Below, piece by piece: positions 36,101 to 44,736 of a DNA stretch of 64,000 bases. The stretch comes from a virus. The notes below the pieces were generated by a model. It did not search any database, was not told where the DNA came from, and saw only the letters and a list, made by a program, of their open reading frames with translations. The DNA lies in the IMG/VR virus record IMGVR_UViG_3300045141_000199, positions 1-64,000 of that record. The stretch is one strand, 5' to 3'. The position numbers and the translations under genes were made by a program. The stretch's first letter is position 1. The number at the start of each line of letters is the position of its first letter.

Positions 36101-36383
36101 AACCACTGTGAAATATGCCGAAGCAAAAGAATTTGGTAACCAGCGCTACGAACTACTGAAAAACTTCGGTTCCAATTTTGCACCAATTGCTGTAGCTCCT
36201 GGAATATCTGCCGCCGCGTCCATTAGCGGCGCTCTTACCCCGACACGCTCTGGTACACTAAATAGTCAACCACAAGTAGGGAAGACAGTGAATCTTGAAG
36301 TGAATAATCACTATCAGCAGCCACCAGCTAACCCGCATCATTGGAGCAAGGGCGTCGAGTGGGAGCTAGGAGCCATCATCTAA
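30168..36383 (+). CDS. tape measure protein with lytic transglycosylase-like and M15 peptidase-like domains
   Basis: 2071 aa, helical and A/G-rich; AIALAES...GLWQI; SGYRS...SNHE...GAVD...EHF. Confidence 0.92.
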   Translation: MPERLATGEVVINLRDEALIAGLDRAQAKYHATMAALDREEAKIRVDLDSKGFDDGIKKLRAEKKAIESELLSIHPDQSDSKKISALMKEDLRTLEAELKNLESQKLQNDRIIGARRELLQIDAFQANQSQKRFETDNKLLTDRLRLEKQQAAQRANEQRELYQLKLPGERAEEERRRREVTSDRDHAAALREAARLRDQFAKKTDEIEKRERTKTGFIDFLSREEKVKVDLDTGAARADLKLLEEEMKLKGIDIPAHIKVDERDIKDFFLNLPNKLKAATGSGFRVPLPFTSLRAPAGALAAAAPLLASVAGGITSLAGVTGAGALGAGAVGGGVLGGLVGNFAGIAAAIVPVKKEMEQLTKSTEKYEKAVKEYGKGSKQAVIAQAELNEVLRHTPKLLVEGQRQWEEVSDKFIKDTSGIRDALGRVISDAAKAGKELEPIAAKNSTATANILAAGFGRFSRNLSSPKEAEGLDQLGKSANDFLKPALEGVEGFTKALLHIGESAARLFGGPLGKWIQDLGQDFEKATKPGNKLDEKIRILGKDAQDVGKFFIAFGKVITTALGLAAPQGDKLANTMTGALTRWDSKLKDDQGRKGFQTFIRESDEALEKLGPVLEAVLKLFGSWAIGLLPAVKTVTEFFKGVTDVVNGLGKLLGLQSGVQSLGVLIGVLFAANKALAFAAALSKVYAIMKGMAALGAAGDLTGALQLPLATRAGGAAAKKAEEDAAKAVEQKGGGSLLAKLLAGGAGAAGGGIGIRGILAALGSSGAVVGGGLALGALGLQQVTHLGPKGIEFGADTGGSPPRHAGEELHKFHEASKLAAQGTGELTGQVLQSNLTFHQAELSVSRAREAIHLAKPGTVEYKEAILAYKSAVLQANEAERQRATIIREIKADSSAGVSAVRARKKVLEESIAASKNAFADPEKEDPTFNKREKERAEAAKELVELLNKQEVAILNIKRAYKNLEPITEPEGVNALGSLARKPGGQPLAQKIALQFPNPVDAVKVAKGALDAINRGTPMKVVVKAVGDTKSAHDALAQLASAAKTNTDKINDVVRNALKLTKKLFHDGAGNAVSAFMGGFQGFVGGYKGIWTGMENVTRTALKNINKVLLQELKVLNGGKVPTLAEGGPPLAPGVEKQLQSEKGHAAKGLIQYGRAGDKGGDNIATRMVVGSGEVGAVFTGHQQKVANEYLAPIGGLSGLFKNVNKPHYQMASGGLIHAATGYSESYGGRKFSKPELERLWDRAGGNPGQAHLMAAIALAESKGYSGASNTAGAHGLWQIKGNPFPGNEFDPLTNARMAVSKLKSQGLGAWEVYTNGSYRQYLDSKSAAAVGAAAGGPGGAGHPFKPIPKQKIPLHGLVGAVVTAGVERVRKAANKTLKKFANSLGGEGPGGLFSGPTPAGTSIPNTAWNPSHKPIANWIVPILRWAAAHGWRGSVSSGYRSFAEQAQINAEGKFSAAAGSSNHEFANYPGGAVDVSDDYGLERVLSRYPRSPKLIGHKLGAIDPEHFSATGKARGGLVKRPALLVGEHEHEWVINPHRADNHAYLKEAGEEMGYHVTPAKKGKPSFSKTFKAKGKIPDTSWANLRAIPAELIKKPLEEVEANLKAEKAAYHKLEVKRDKAIDALKDSKDSAARSLAKTLASGNETVQHARSRAGKAESKATEYYVAPGMPNPAKKTAEGAAEGVSSAERARDRKVRQAEASAKGKIGKAEKKLKEIEKGLKVTKDGGVFEHTQYIPWRVLERQQHKGREAVAALEAKEAQVTNLNKTIGSETHLLNILQGRYGHKGSDKKAIEGEWNKTFGVRQGNIEELKKIIKDSEGKAKSFEKLHPSAAIHAFLEGVAGELEGIEDKESEAEGQQEVFSEASKTKTEAPTGEQFAESQGMLASIKEAEERYALSQAAARPDDPNTPQNEELPYLKKELVPASDIKGLWEGALEQAQRLQEPVSTITELANTVTGARSTVFGLEQTIQGAEKDVTTVKYAEAKEFGNQRYELLKNFGSNFAPIAVAPGISAAASISGALTPTRSGTLNSQPQVGKTVNLEVNNHYQQPPANPHHWSKGVEWELGAII

Positions 36384-39300
36384 ATGGCCGTCAAACGTCA
36401 TATAGTCCCGATCGTAGATGAATTTACCCGCGCTGATGGACCGCTGGGCGTCAACTGGACGGTTGTAAAAGGCTCACCGGCCGTAAGCTCTAATCAGCTC
36501 GGCCTCAAAAAAGGCGAAAAAACGATTGCCTACTGGAACGCGCAGAAACTTCCAAGTGGAGGGCATGAGTCGTTCTTCAGAATCCTCGCCGTACCAGGAG
36601 CAGGCGGAACCACCTTCCTACAGGGTGTCATGGTTCACTGGAACCCAGCAACCAAAAAGGGCTATGCCGGGCTGATCTATGGGGAATTCAATTGGGAGAT
36701 TATCCGAATTGATTCCGAAACCGCCTTCACCATTTTGGCGAAAGGTTCGGCGGCCGCAAAATGGAAAGCTAAAGACCTGATTGGGCTAGAGTCCGTTGGC
36801 AGCGAACTAAGGCTATGGCGAGAAGGAGCTACTTCCAACGTACTCGTTGCGACTGTCAAAGACGAAACCGCTGGGCTCTTTAATGCTGAAGGGTATGCAG
36901 GAGTTTACGGCGAACCGGACGCCGTTGGAACCTACGCGCTGTTCGATGATTTCGGCGCGGGGATTCTCGTCAATATCACAAAACCAGAAGACCAAAGTAA
37001 CTCTACTGGCGAACCTGTAAACGTAAAAGTAAAATCTGAAGGCGCTACAGAATATGAAGCTACAGGATTGCCGCCAGGTATTAGCATTACAGGCGAAGGG
37101 CTAAACGGCTTTAACTTTACAGGTGAAGCTACCTCTGGCGCGGGCTCTCCCTACACAGTAAAAATTACAATCAAAGCTCCCAATCTCGGGACAGCCAAAA
37201 CTGAATTCAAATGGACGATCGCAGCGCCAACGGCGCCATCGTGGTCTGCTAAACCAGCCGATAGGACCGACACGGCTGGCGGCGGCCCGATTGCCTTTAA
37301 TGTGGCCGCTACTTCAGGCACGAAACCAATTACATATACGATGGAAAACGCGCCTAGCGGCGTAGTCATCGACGCTGAAGCTGGCGAAGAAGGAGAGATT
37401 TCTGGAACACCAGCGCCAACCGCAGTAAAAACAGTAACGATCAAAGCCACGAACGCTGCGGGCACTGCTTCTACCACCTTCAAATGGACCGTAAACTCGG
37501 GGCCGCCGCCAGTAATTACTAAACCGGCGAATCAGAACACACGTCAGGGTAAATACGCAGAACTTGTCGTAGTGTCAGAAGAAGCCGTTAGTTTCACAGC
37601 TACAGGACTACCGCCGGGCCTTATTCTCAACACTAAAAACGGGGGCATTTCGGGGATTCCTGAAACTACGGTTGGCTCCCCTTTCACGATCAAACTAACG
37701 GCGACGAACCTAAGTGGCTCAGACACAAAGGAATTTACCTGGACGGTAAAACCTGCCCTACCGCCGTTGATTACACCTATTGCGGATCAGACGGGCCATG
37801 AAGGCGATAGCGTAAGTATCCAAGTAGAAGCAGAAGAAACGTATCGTTACGAAGCAACCGGACTGCCGCCTGGTGTAGAAATTGATGAAGTTTCAGGATT
37901 GATTTCGGGAAAACTAGGCTTTGCTGGCGTCACAAATGTAGTAGTCAAAGTAACCGGCTATGGTGGAACCGAAACTGAGCCTTTCAAATGGACAATCCTT
38001 GGTTCTACAATCGTGCCAAGTGGACCTCAGATTGGTGCCGTCTATACGCTGACTGGCCCGGACGGCACGCAGGCTGTGTTCAATGATTCCACTGACCCCA
38101 GCTTTGTTGGCTATATTAGCGAAGCTTCAGGACTTGATTCTCCTGAAGTCAGGGAAAATGCTGAAAATCTAACCGGGCTCGACGGCGGTATCCATGGTAG
38201 CTTCTTCTACGGCCGCCGCCAGATCACACTCTCGGGGATTATCCCCAACGTACATTCCCCCAAAGATCGTAACCAGAAAATGACAAAACTTCTGCATGCA
38301 TGTAACGCGATGCGCGCGGACGCCACATTAGAATGGACCCCCGAAGGGGGAGAAGCACAATTTCTCAATGTACGCCGAGCCCAGCCGGTTAGAATTACGG
38401 GCAATTGGGTGAAGGAATTCCAGGTTCCTTTGGTAGCGGCCGATCCACGCATTTATAGCACTCTGGTTCAGACAGCCGCTACAACCGGCGAAACTCTTTC
38501 GGTCGAAAATCGAGGCGACCACAATACATACCCTGTGATCTCGATTGAAGGTGAACCTGCCGCAATGACGTTGGAAAACGAAACCACCAAAGAAAAATTC
38601 TCCTTCAACTTCCTAGGCAGCGCTTCTGCTAACAACTATTGGTATGGGCTGCAAAACGTGCAAGCTGTAATCGCCGGCACGGTCCTTGTCGCTGTTAGAT
38701 TTATTCCGGTGTTCGGCAGCACGGCTCTAGTAGCTAGTGTAATTACTACAGAAAAAGCTACTCTCAAAGCCGAATATGGAATAAATCCAGCCGCAGGAGA
38801 GGCTTTTGTAGCTCTATCGACTGCGGAGCTTACCTCGACAGAAGTGGTAATAGTTACAGCAAGCTCAAACGGTAAAGGACGATTCTGGTCCCTGAACATT
38901 ACAAACGGCGCCACAAGCGAAATGTTCAGCTTTACAGGCTATCCCTTTGGAGCCGTAAAGGGCAGCGGAAGCTCTTACTTCTGGTCCGATCTTGTAACTA
39001 AATGTATTGGCCGTCGCCCGACAGCGGGAAGCCCCGAACCAAGCTGGACTAGCGTGGCAAAAACTCCTAGAGGGCTCGCAATACAGGGCGGCAATCTTTA
39101 TTGGGGCTACTCGGGGGCTACTGGAATTGGCAAAATGACCGAAGCTGCCGGGTCTAAAAACGAAGCGTTCATCGCTACGACTTCTCCTGTTCTCGATGTC
39201 ACGGCCGACTCCACCTACATTTACTGGACGATGGAAAACAACAAGATCGGCCGAGCGCTGCTTGCCGGCACAAGCGTCAACAACGAATACTCTGAAACTG

Positions 39301-39587
39301 CTCTGTTCCCTGCGCACATTACCAACAACGGATTACAAGTATATTGGGCCAATCAAAACTCATGGTCGATCGGCCGACTGCTTAAATACGGCAGCGCTTA
39401 CACTCTAGACTTCGACTTCCGGAATAGGTCTGTAACCTCAGCTAGCGAGAACTTGTACCGCATAGTAAATGCTGCTTCTGAATGGTTCCCCTTGGAGCCA
39501 GGTGTCAATAACATCAAAATTACTTACGCTAACAAAGCAGGGGAAGCCGCCAAAACTACCTTTGAATGGCGAAATGCGTGGATATAG
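36384..39587 (+). CDS. distal tail (Dit) protein with putative Ig repeats and beta-propeller insertion
   Basis: Four ATGLPPG-type Ig repeats; GLDSPEVR...RQITLSG...AADP; C-terminal WFPLEPGVNNI...WRNAW. Confidence 0.8.
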   Translation: MAVKRHIVPIVDEFTRADGPLGVNWTVVKGSPAVSSNQLGLKKGEKTIAYWNAQKLPSGGHESFFRILAVPGAGGTTFLQGVMVHWNPATKKGYAGLIYGEFNWEIIRIDSETAFTILAKGSAAAKWKAKDLIGLESVGSELRLWREGATSNVLVATVKDETAGLFNAEGYAGVYGEPDAVGTYALFDDFGAGILVNITKPEDQSNSTGEPVNVKVKSEGATEYEATGLPPGISITGEGLNGFNFTGEATSGAGSPYTVKITIKAPNLGTAKTEFKWTIAAPTAPSWSAKPADRTDTAGGGPIAFNVAATSGTKPITYTMENAPSGVVIDAEAGEEGEISGTPAPTAVKTVTIKATNAAGTASTTFKWTVNSGPPPVITKPANQNTRQGKYAELVVVSEEAVSFTATGLPPGLILNTKNGGISGIPETTVGSPFTIKLTATNLSGSDTKEFTWTVKPALPPLITPIADQTGHEGDSVSIQVEAEETYRYEATGLPPGVEIDEVSGLISGKLGFAGVTNVVVKVTGYGGTETEPFKWTILGSTIVPSGPQIGAVYTLTGPDGTQAVFNDSTDPSFVGYISEASGLDSPEVRENAENLTGLDGGIHGSFFYGRRQITLSGIIPNVHSPKDRNQKMTKLLHACNAMRADATLEWTPEGGEAQFLNVRRAQPVRITGNWVKEFQVPLVAADPRIYSTLVQTAATTGETLSVENRGDHNTYPVISIEGEPAAMTLENETTKEKFSFNFLGSASANNYWYGLQNVQAVIAGTVLVAVRFIPVFGSTALVASVITTEKATLKAEYGINPAAGEAFVALSTAELTSTEVVIVTASSNGKGRFWSLNITNGATSEMFSFTGYPFGAVKGSGSSYFWSDLVTKCIGRRPTAGSPEPSWTSVAKTPRGLAIQGGNLYWGYSGATGIGKMTEAAGSKNEAFIATTSPVLDVTADSTYIYWTMENNKIGRALLAGTSVNNEYSETALFPAHITNNGLQVYWANQNSWSIGRLLKYGSAYTLDFDFRNRSVTSASENLYRIVNAASEWFPLEPGVNNIKITYANKAGEAAKTTFEWRNAWI

Positions 39588-40688
39588 ATGTTTGACTGGA
39601 CGTGGCAAGTCACAGACCTTGCGTTTCACCCTGTAGGGGAAGTCAAAAACGCTAGGTCGATGAAACTCAATCTGGCCCTTAATAAGGTAAACACGGCTAG
39701 TTTCCAGATCAGGCTAGACGATCCACTAGGTGAACCTGTCATGGCAACCCTAGGATATCTAAAGATTTACTTCAACAAAGTGCTGATATTCTTCGGGCCG
39801 ATAATCACTGCCACTGAAGTCGGCGAAGGTGACGTAGAGAACGCCAGTGTTCAAGTTAACGCCTCCGGTCCAGAATGGATTTTCGCTCAGCGCCTAGCGG
39901 CTCGAACCAAAGCGGCCGCGGTAAAAAGCGAACCAGCTCCCGAACTATCGGACATCTTCGCAGAATACATCGTGGCCTGCGACGCAGAAAACGACACTCA
40001 CATCTGGTTCCCTTCCGAAGCTATATCGGGAGGTTCCACATTCGGGTACGAAACTCCTCTATACCGCCAGCCATCTGAAATCCTCAATGACATGGTGAAC
40101 ACGACGGATGGTTTCGATTGGCGCGTTACCCCAATCGAGAACTACTTTGCAGGCGGCGTATCTAGCTCCAAGATCGGTAAGTTCGAAGCGGCTAAGGTCT
40201 TGAACACGTTCCAGCCGGGAACCATCTTCGAGTGGGGCACTGGCCTGCATAACGTCACAGCCTATTCACGCGCGGTTGATCGTTCTACGTTGCTAAACCG
40301 CGCATATCACATCCTTAGCGAAGGCCCGGAAGTTGAACATGGCTTGATTACCTCTGATCCTACGTTAGGCAAAGAAAGCATCGAACGCTGGGGGTTACAA
40401 GAGGGAGTGATCTCTGCTTCGCTTCTAAACGAAAGCATGCGCCAAGAGCTTGTGAACGAGCATGTTACAGTGCGCCGCAACCCACGCCAGACAATTACCT
40501 TCCAACCTAACGCCGATCCTGTTACTCCTAGCCTTGGTCGTGATTTTAACCTTGGTGATTCAGTAACCGCTAGAATTGGTTACCAGGGCTCCCTACGTTA
40601 TCAGTCTATGGTGAGGGTATGGGCGGCCGAATTCACGCTGGATGAGAACTTAAAGGAAACGCATACCCTAGTCCTATCGGACACATAA
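39588..40688 (+). CDS. minor tail protein (Tal/hub, ReqiPepy6 Gp37-like)
   Basis: Follows Dit; FFGPI, RDFNLGDSVT motifs. Confidence 0.72.
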   Translation: MFDWTWQVTDLAFHPVGEVKNARSMKLNLALNKVNTASFQIRLDDPLGEPVMATLGYLKIYFNKVLIFFGPIITATEVGEGDVENASVQVNASGPEWIFAQRLAARTKAAAVKSEPAPELSDIFAEYIVACDAENDTHIWFPSEAISGGSTFGYETPLYRQPSEILNDMVNTTDGFDWRVTPIENYFAGGVSSSKIGKFEAAKVLNTFQPGTIFEWGTGLHNVTAYSRAVDRSTLLNRAYHILSEGPEVEHGLITSDPTLGKESIERWGLQEGVISASLLNESMRQELVNEHVTVRRNPRQTITFQPNADPVTPSLGRDFNLGDSVTARIGYQGSLRYQSMVRVWAAEFTLDENLKETHTLVLSDT

Positions 40689-40807
40689 TGGCACCACCAA
40701 TCAGAGTCCCACAGCCAACTAATCCCCAGCAGGCCCTCGCCCAGCGTTTAGCTGAGATCGAAGCGCGCCTACGTGCGATCGAGACTGCACTCCGCGAAGT
40801 AACATAG
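40688..40807 (+). CDS. small coiled-coil protein
   Basis: 39-aa ORF LAQRLAEIEARLRAIE, TAATG-coupled. Confidence 0.5.
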   Translation: MAPPIRVPQPTNPQQALAQRLAEIEARLRAIETALREVT

Positions 40808-40811
40808 AGAT

Positions 40812-41462
40812 ATGGGTAACAAAGCAAAGCTGAAGATGTTAGAAGCTCGTCTTGCGTGGCACCGCGGTAAATACAACTACCGCAAACGCAAGATGGAAGG
40901 CTGGCAGCAGTCCGAGAAACGCGGAGAATACTGGCTAGATCAGCACCGTAAAAAGCACAATGCTAAGGGGGCTGAGAGCGCTAACGCTAGTATCATACGT
41001 GCGCGAGCGGGGGTATACAAGTGGGGCAAGCTTGTTAGTGAAGAGGCTAAGGAAATCAACAAGCTCAAGCCTGCAATTGCCAAGCTCAAGCCAAAGCCGG
41101 TAAAAAAAGCTGAAGGCTTCTCAACTCCTAGAGCCCGTTGGAACCCCAGCGAACGCCCGATCGCCAACTGGATCATCCCTGAATTAGAATGGGCGGCCGC
41201 CCATGGCTGGACTGGTTATGTAACGAGTGGTTATCGCTCTTATCAGAAGCAGAAAGAACTTTACGAACTCTACCAGCGCGGAGGAAACATCGCAGCTAGG
41301 CCGGGGCAGTCTAACCATGAGGGTTACGAATTCCCTAAGGGAGCCGTTGATGTGACGAATTACAACCAGTTCAACGCCGTGCTGTCGAAAAAGCCAGGCC
41401 ACAAACTGCGCTGGGGTATCGTCATCGCAGATTACGTGCATTTCAGTGGTACCGGGCGCTAA
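40812..41462 (+). CDS. M15-like peptidoglycan peptidase (endolysin candidate)
   Basis: TSGYRSYQKQ...AARPGQSNHE...GAVDV...HF. Confidence 0.8.
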   Translation: MGNKAKLKMLEARLAWHRGKYNYRKRKMEGWQQSEKRGEYWLDQHRKKHNAKGAESANASIIRARAGVYKWGKLVSEEAKEINKLKPAIAKLKPKPVKKAEGFSTPRARWNPSERPIANWIIPELEWAAAHGWTGYVTSGYRSYQKQKELYELYQRGGNIAARPGQSNHEGYEFPKGAVDVTNYNQFNAVLSKKPGHKLRWGIVIADYVHFSGTGR

Positions 41463-42196
41463 TGTTTGAACCTAACGAACGTTATCGTTACGCTTATAAG
41501 ATAGGCATGTCCGGAGCCGACGTTTGGTGCATCCAAGTAGCCTTAAACGCCGCGGCCGTATCTCCTCAGCTTGTAACCGATGGCTCTTTCGGCCCGCATA
41601 CCAAAGTAGCGGTTGAGCAGGTTCAGACGCGCTTAGGGATCACGGTCGATGGCGTATGTGGGCCTGAAACTCAGCACAAGCTTTGCGCCCGCGAAGCCAG
41701 CATCATCCAGAAAGGACGTTGCCCTAAAGGCTTGCTGTTAGGCATCTGCGATGGCGAGTCAGGATCGATAATCCCTGCTACGTCCGGGCGCTACGGCAAC
41801 GGCAGTCGCGACTATGGGCCTTACCAGGACAACAAAACTAACCCTAATGAAGCTGAATTGAAGGTAGCCTATGCCGTTAACCAGCAAACGCGCAAAACGG
41901 CTGACAAGATCAGCGGTATCTATGCGAAATATCGCACGATGCCCGGCGGATCGACCGACGAAAAAGCCTGGAGGCTAGCAGTTCTTTACCACAACTGGCC
42001 GGCCGCGGCCGAAAAGATCGCTAAAGGTGAAGGTAACACCTGGACATACCAGGCAGACGGTCGTAGTTACAAAATGAGCGATCCAGCGCAATGGGTGAAA
42101 AACATCGGCGTCGCAGGGGTTTCCACCGGATGGCAGTGGGCGGAATTTTACATAGACTCAAAGGTGATTTACGTAAGTAGCTGGACTGTGGTATGA
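41462..42196 (+). CDS. peptidoglycan-binding domain protein (endolysin candidate)
   Basis: GADV...DGSFGPHT...VDGVCGPET PG-binding motif; GES/YGPYQ lysozyme-like motif. Confidence 0.75.
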   Translation: MFEPNERYRYAYKIGMSGADVWCIQVALNAAAVSPQLVTDGSFGPHTKVAVEQVQTRLGITVDGVCGPETQHKLCAREASIIQKGRCPKGLLLGICDGESGSIIPATSGRYGNGSRDYGPYQDNKTNPNEAELKVAYAVNQQTRKTADKISGIYAKYRTMPGGSTDEKAWRLAVLYHNWPAAAEKIAKGEGNTWTYQADGRSYKMSDPAQWVKNIGVAGVSTGWQWAEFYIDSKVIYVSSWTVV

Positions 42197-42234
42197 TTTT
42201 ACTAACTGCAAATTTCTAAGGAGTACACTCAATA

Positions 42235-42591
42235 ATGGCACCAGAAGAAAACACTCACACACTAGTACCGGACGCTGAAGAGCTTCTTGCGGAAGGTAAA
42301 GGAGTTGCTGGTAAGCCCAGCCTCGCAGGGGTTGCAGGGTTAGCTAGTTCGGCTAAGGCTTTCTCGGCTACACCTGACGTGCAGGAGTTAATCAAGGACG
42401 CATCGCCGCTCCTAAAAGAGACGAAGACGGGATACAAGACTACCGAGTTTTGGGGGGCAATCGCAGCAGTGATCGCCGATCTCGGGACTGACATCTCTAG
42501 CAAAAACAAGCTCATCGTGTCAGGCATTGCGGCGCTTTACGCGCTAGCACGCGGCCTAGCAAAGTCGGGCGTACCAACGTTTGAACGCTAA
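42235..42591 (+). CDS. holin
   Basis: GYKTTEFW followed by two hydrophobic helices; follows the lysins. Confidence 0.7.
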   Translation: MAPEENTHTLVPDAEELLAEGKGVAGKPSLAGVAGLASSAKAFSATPDVQELIKDASPLLKETKTGYKTTEFWGAIAAVIADLGTDISSKNKLIVSGIAALYALARGLAKSGVPTFER

Positions 42592-43121
42592 TGCACGATG
42601 ATATCGACGTAATCCTTGTTATCGAGGATGACGATGATTGCAGCGATTTCGCACGTTTGGCTAGAGGACTAAAGCATCTATCAAGGAAAGTAGACCGAAT
42701 TATGACCGACCTAACAGACCTACGAAAGGCAGTAGCCGACGTACAGGCTACAGACACAGCAGCAGTTGAAGAGATCACATCGCTAGCGGCTAAGGTAGAA
42801 GAACTTACCGCAGGCAATGTAACTCAGCCAGAAATCGACGCTATCGCATCTGACCTTGAGTCAGCAGCGACAGCATTAGCGGCCGCAGGGCCTAAACCAC
42901 CGGCTCCGCCAGTGGAAGAACCTGCGCCTCCAGCGGAAGAACCAGCACCGCCCGCTGAAGAACCCGCGCCACCAGTTGAAACCCCAACTGAAACTCCAGC
43001 AGAACCTCCGGTTGAACCGCCAGTCGAAACTCCCGGTGAAGCGCCAGCTACACCGCCGACTGAAGGTCAGGTACCTAGCGGCACGGTACCAGCCGACGAA
43101 GCTGGTGAACCTAGCGAATAA
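42591..43121 (+). CDS. acidic coiled-coil protein with Pro/Glu-rich tail
   Basis: EEPAPPA repeats; alternative start at 42702. Confidence 0.65.
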   Translation: MHDDIDVILVIEDDDDCSDFARLARGLKHLSRKVDRIMTDLTDLRKAVADVQATDTAAVEEITSLAAKVEELTAGNVTQPEIDAIASDLESAATALAAAGPKPPAPPVEEPAPPAEEPAPPAEEPAPPVETPTETPAEPPVEPPVETPGEAPATPPTEGQVPSGTVPADEAGEPSE

Positions 43122-43178
43122 GACTTTGTAAAGCTTCCTTGTCAAGTACGGCAGAAAGGAGGCGATCCATATCTCGGA

Positions 43179-43205
43179 GAAGGCCCGCTATTAGCGGGCC
43201 TTTTT
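43179..43205 (+). terminator. intrinsic terminator between convergent modules
   Basis: aaggcccgct-att-agcgggcctttttt. Confidence 0.85.
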
Positions 43206-43263
43206 CGTGCGTCAATTATGATGCTTTAACGCCATTTAGCGCCCTAATGCATCATAAATGATG

Positions 43264-44736
43264 CTAAATGCGGCCCATCTCAGAGCCAGTCCAAGCCTGT
43301 CGGCGCCCCATGAGCATTGCTGTAGTGTCGGCCTCGATCGTGGTATGAGTGGGAAGGCCGGTATCAAGCTGTTCCTCATAGATATCTACGAAATCTTCCG
43401 TTTCAGTTTCCTTGCGTTCTTCGGCCTGACTTACGGCATCGTCAGCCGCGATAGCTGTAATGTTCGGAGCGCCCTCTTTGACGATCCCCCAATGCTGAAG
43501 CATCTTGGCCGACACAGCATCGTCATGCTGGCCTTCTGGTGCTCCATACGTCCAGCGGCCGGCGTCAGTGATTTTGTAGGTATAATTTTCAAACTCATGC
43601 AGGGGTTCCTCGTAGTCCAACCGGACTACTCCCTGTTCCATATCCTTTGAGAGCTGCACCACCATGTGTTGCTTAGTTTTGGTAAAGTTGATAGGCACAA
43701 CATCGTAGCCGTCTGCTTCCATCTCCTCCACGATCGGATCGCCAAGCCCGGTCGAGTCAATTACTAACGTGACATGGGTAGCGCCTTCAGCTAGCAATTG
43801 TTTTACAAAGTTCCGCAGCCTTGCGCGCTGCATTTTCCAGGCAATCTCGTTGAAGCGATCGTAGCCACACGGCATCATGTCGTCACAGCTAGCGGCCGAG
43901 AACACAGTGAAGTCATTTGACTTAGCAAGATCAACACCAATTATCACGCGGCCTTTAGGTTTTGTTTTTGAGACGACTATATCGTCATGGAATCTAAAAA
44001 CAGCCCCAGCGCTTGAGATGAAGTCAGCCTCGACCTCCTGCTGATAGGTAAGTAGAGGCATGGAATCGGCCATCTCTCGAACCTCCTCATCTGGAATGAA
44101 GGGGTTAGAGCTGGTGGGAAATTTCCATGATCGATAGAGAGGCTTAGCGTCGTCCTGGCCGCGGAGCCACAGGTAGTAGAACCAGTTACGGCCGCGAGGA
44201 GTCGAGATCATTAGTGCCGAGCCTTCACGATCCATAAGCGTCGGACGGACAATCGTCTCCCATACACCCTTTGGCATCGTGGCAGCCTCATCGAGCACTA
44301 CGAAATCGACTCCCTCTCCAAGCATGGCCTCCGGGCGCTCGGCTGAATAGAACTCCATGCGCGAGCCATTCTTGAACTTCAGGATCACGCTTCGGCCAGC
44401 ATCAAAAGCCGAGTCTAGCTGGGGCGGGTGCGTTAATACGTCGTCGGGAAGCTGGCGAAGTACCTCTCGATAACCACGCTTTACAACCTTGTAGGTCGGG
44501 GCGCACCACCACACCATTTGCTTCGGGCGACGGCAGCGTAACAGCGCCTTCTTGGCGCCTATTACTGTCTTACCGAATCGTCGGCCGCAGCAAACGATCT
44601 GGAAACGTGCATGGTTTTCCATGATCTCCCGCTGGCCGCCGTCATGCGGAATGACAACCTTTTCTTGCAGCTCTAAGAGAAGTTTGGCGGCCGCGTCTGG
44701 ATCAGATTCAACTAATTGCTGAAGCTTACTGTCCAT
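43264..44736 (-). CDS. terminase large subunit
   Basis: GRRFGKT Walker A, VVLDEAA Walker B, STP motif, GVDLA...DFT and HDD nuclease motifs. Confidence 0.93.
   Translation of the reverse strand: MDSKLQQLVESDPDAAAKLLLELQEKVVIPHDGGQREIMENHARFQIVCCGRRFGKTVIGAKKALLRCRRPKQMVWWCAPTYKVVKRGYREVLRQLPDDVLTHPPQLDSAFDAGRSVILKFKNGSRMEFYSAERPEAMLGEGVDFVVLDEAATMPKGVWETIVRPTLMDREGSALMISTPRGRNWFYYLWLRGQDDAKPLYRSWKFPTSSNPFIPDEEVREMADSMPLLTYQQEVEADFISSAGAVFRFHDDIVVSKTKPKGRVIIGVDLAKSNDFTVFSAASCDDMMPCGYDRFNEIAWKMQRARLRNFVKQLLAEGATHVTLVIDSTGLGDPIVEEMEADGYDVVPINFTKTKQHMVVQLSKDMEQGVVRLDYEEPLHEFENYTYKITDAGRWTYGAPEGQHDDAVSAKMLQHWGIVKEGAPNITAIAADDAVSQAEERKETETEDFVDIYEEQLDTGLPTHTTIEADTTAMLMGRRQAWTGSEMGRI

Noticed and set aside
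18800-39317. Long antisense ORFs opposite nrdJ, capsid, fibre, tape measure and Dit genes
   Set aside because: Typical reverse-frame shadows of well-supported genes, with no motifs of their own
43153-43169. 16S rRNA gene fragment
   Set aside because: Similarity is limited to the 17-nt terminal tail; helix 45 and upstream rRNA sequence are absent
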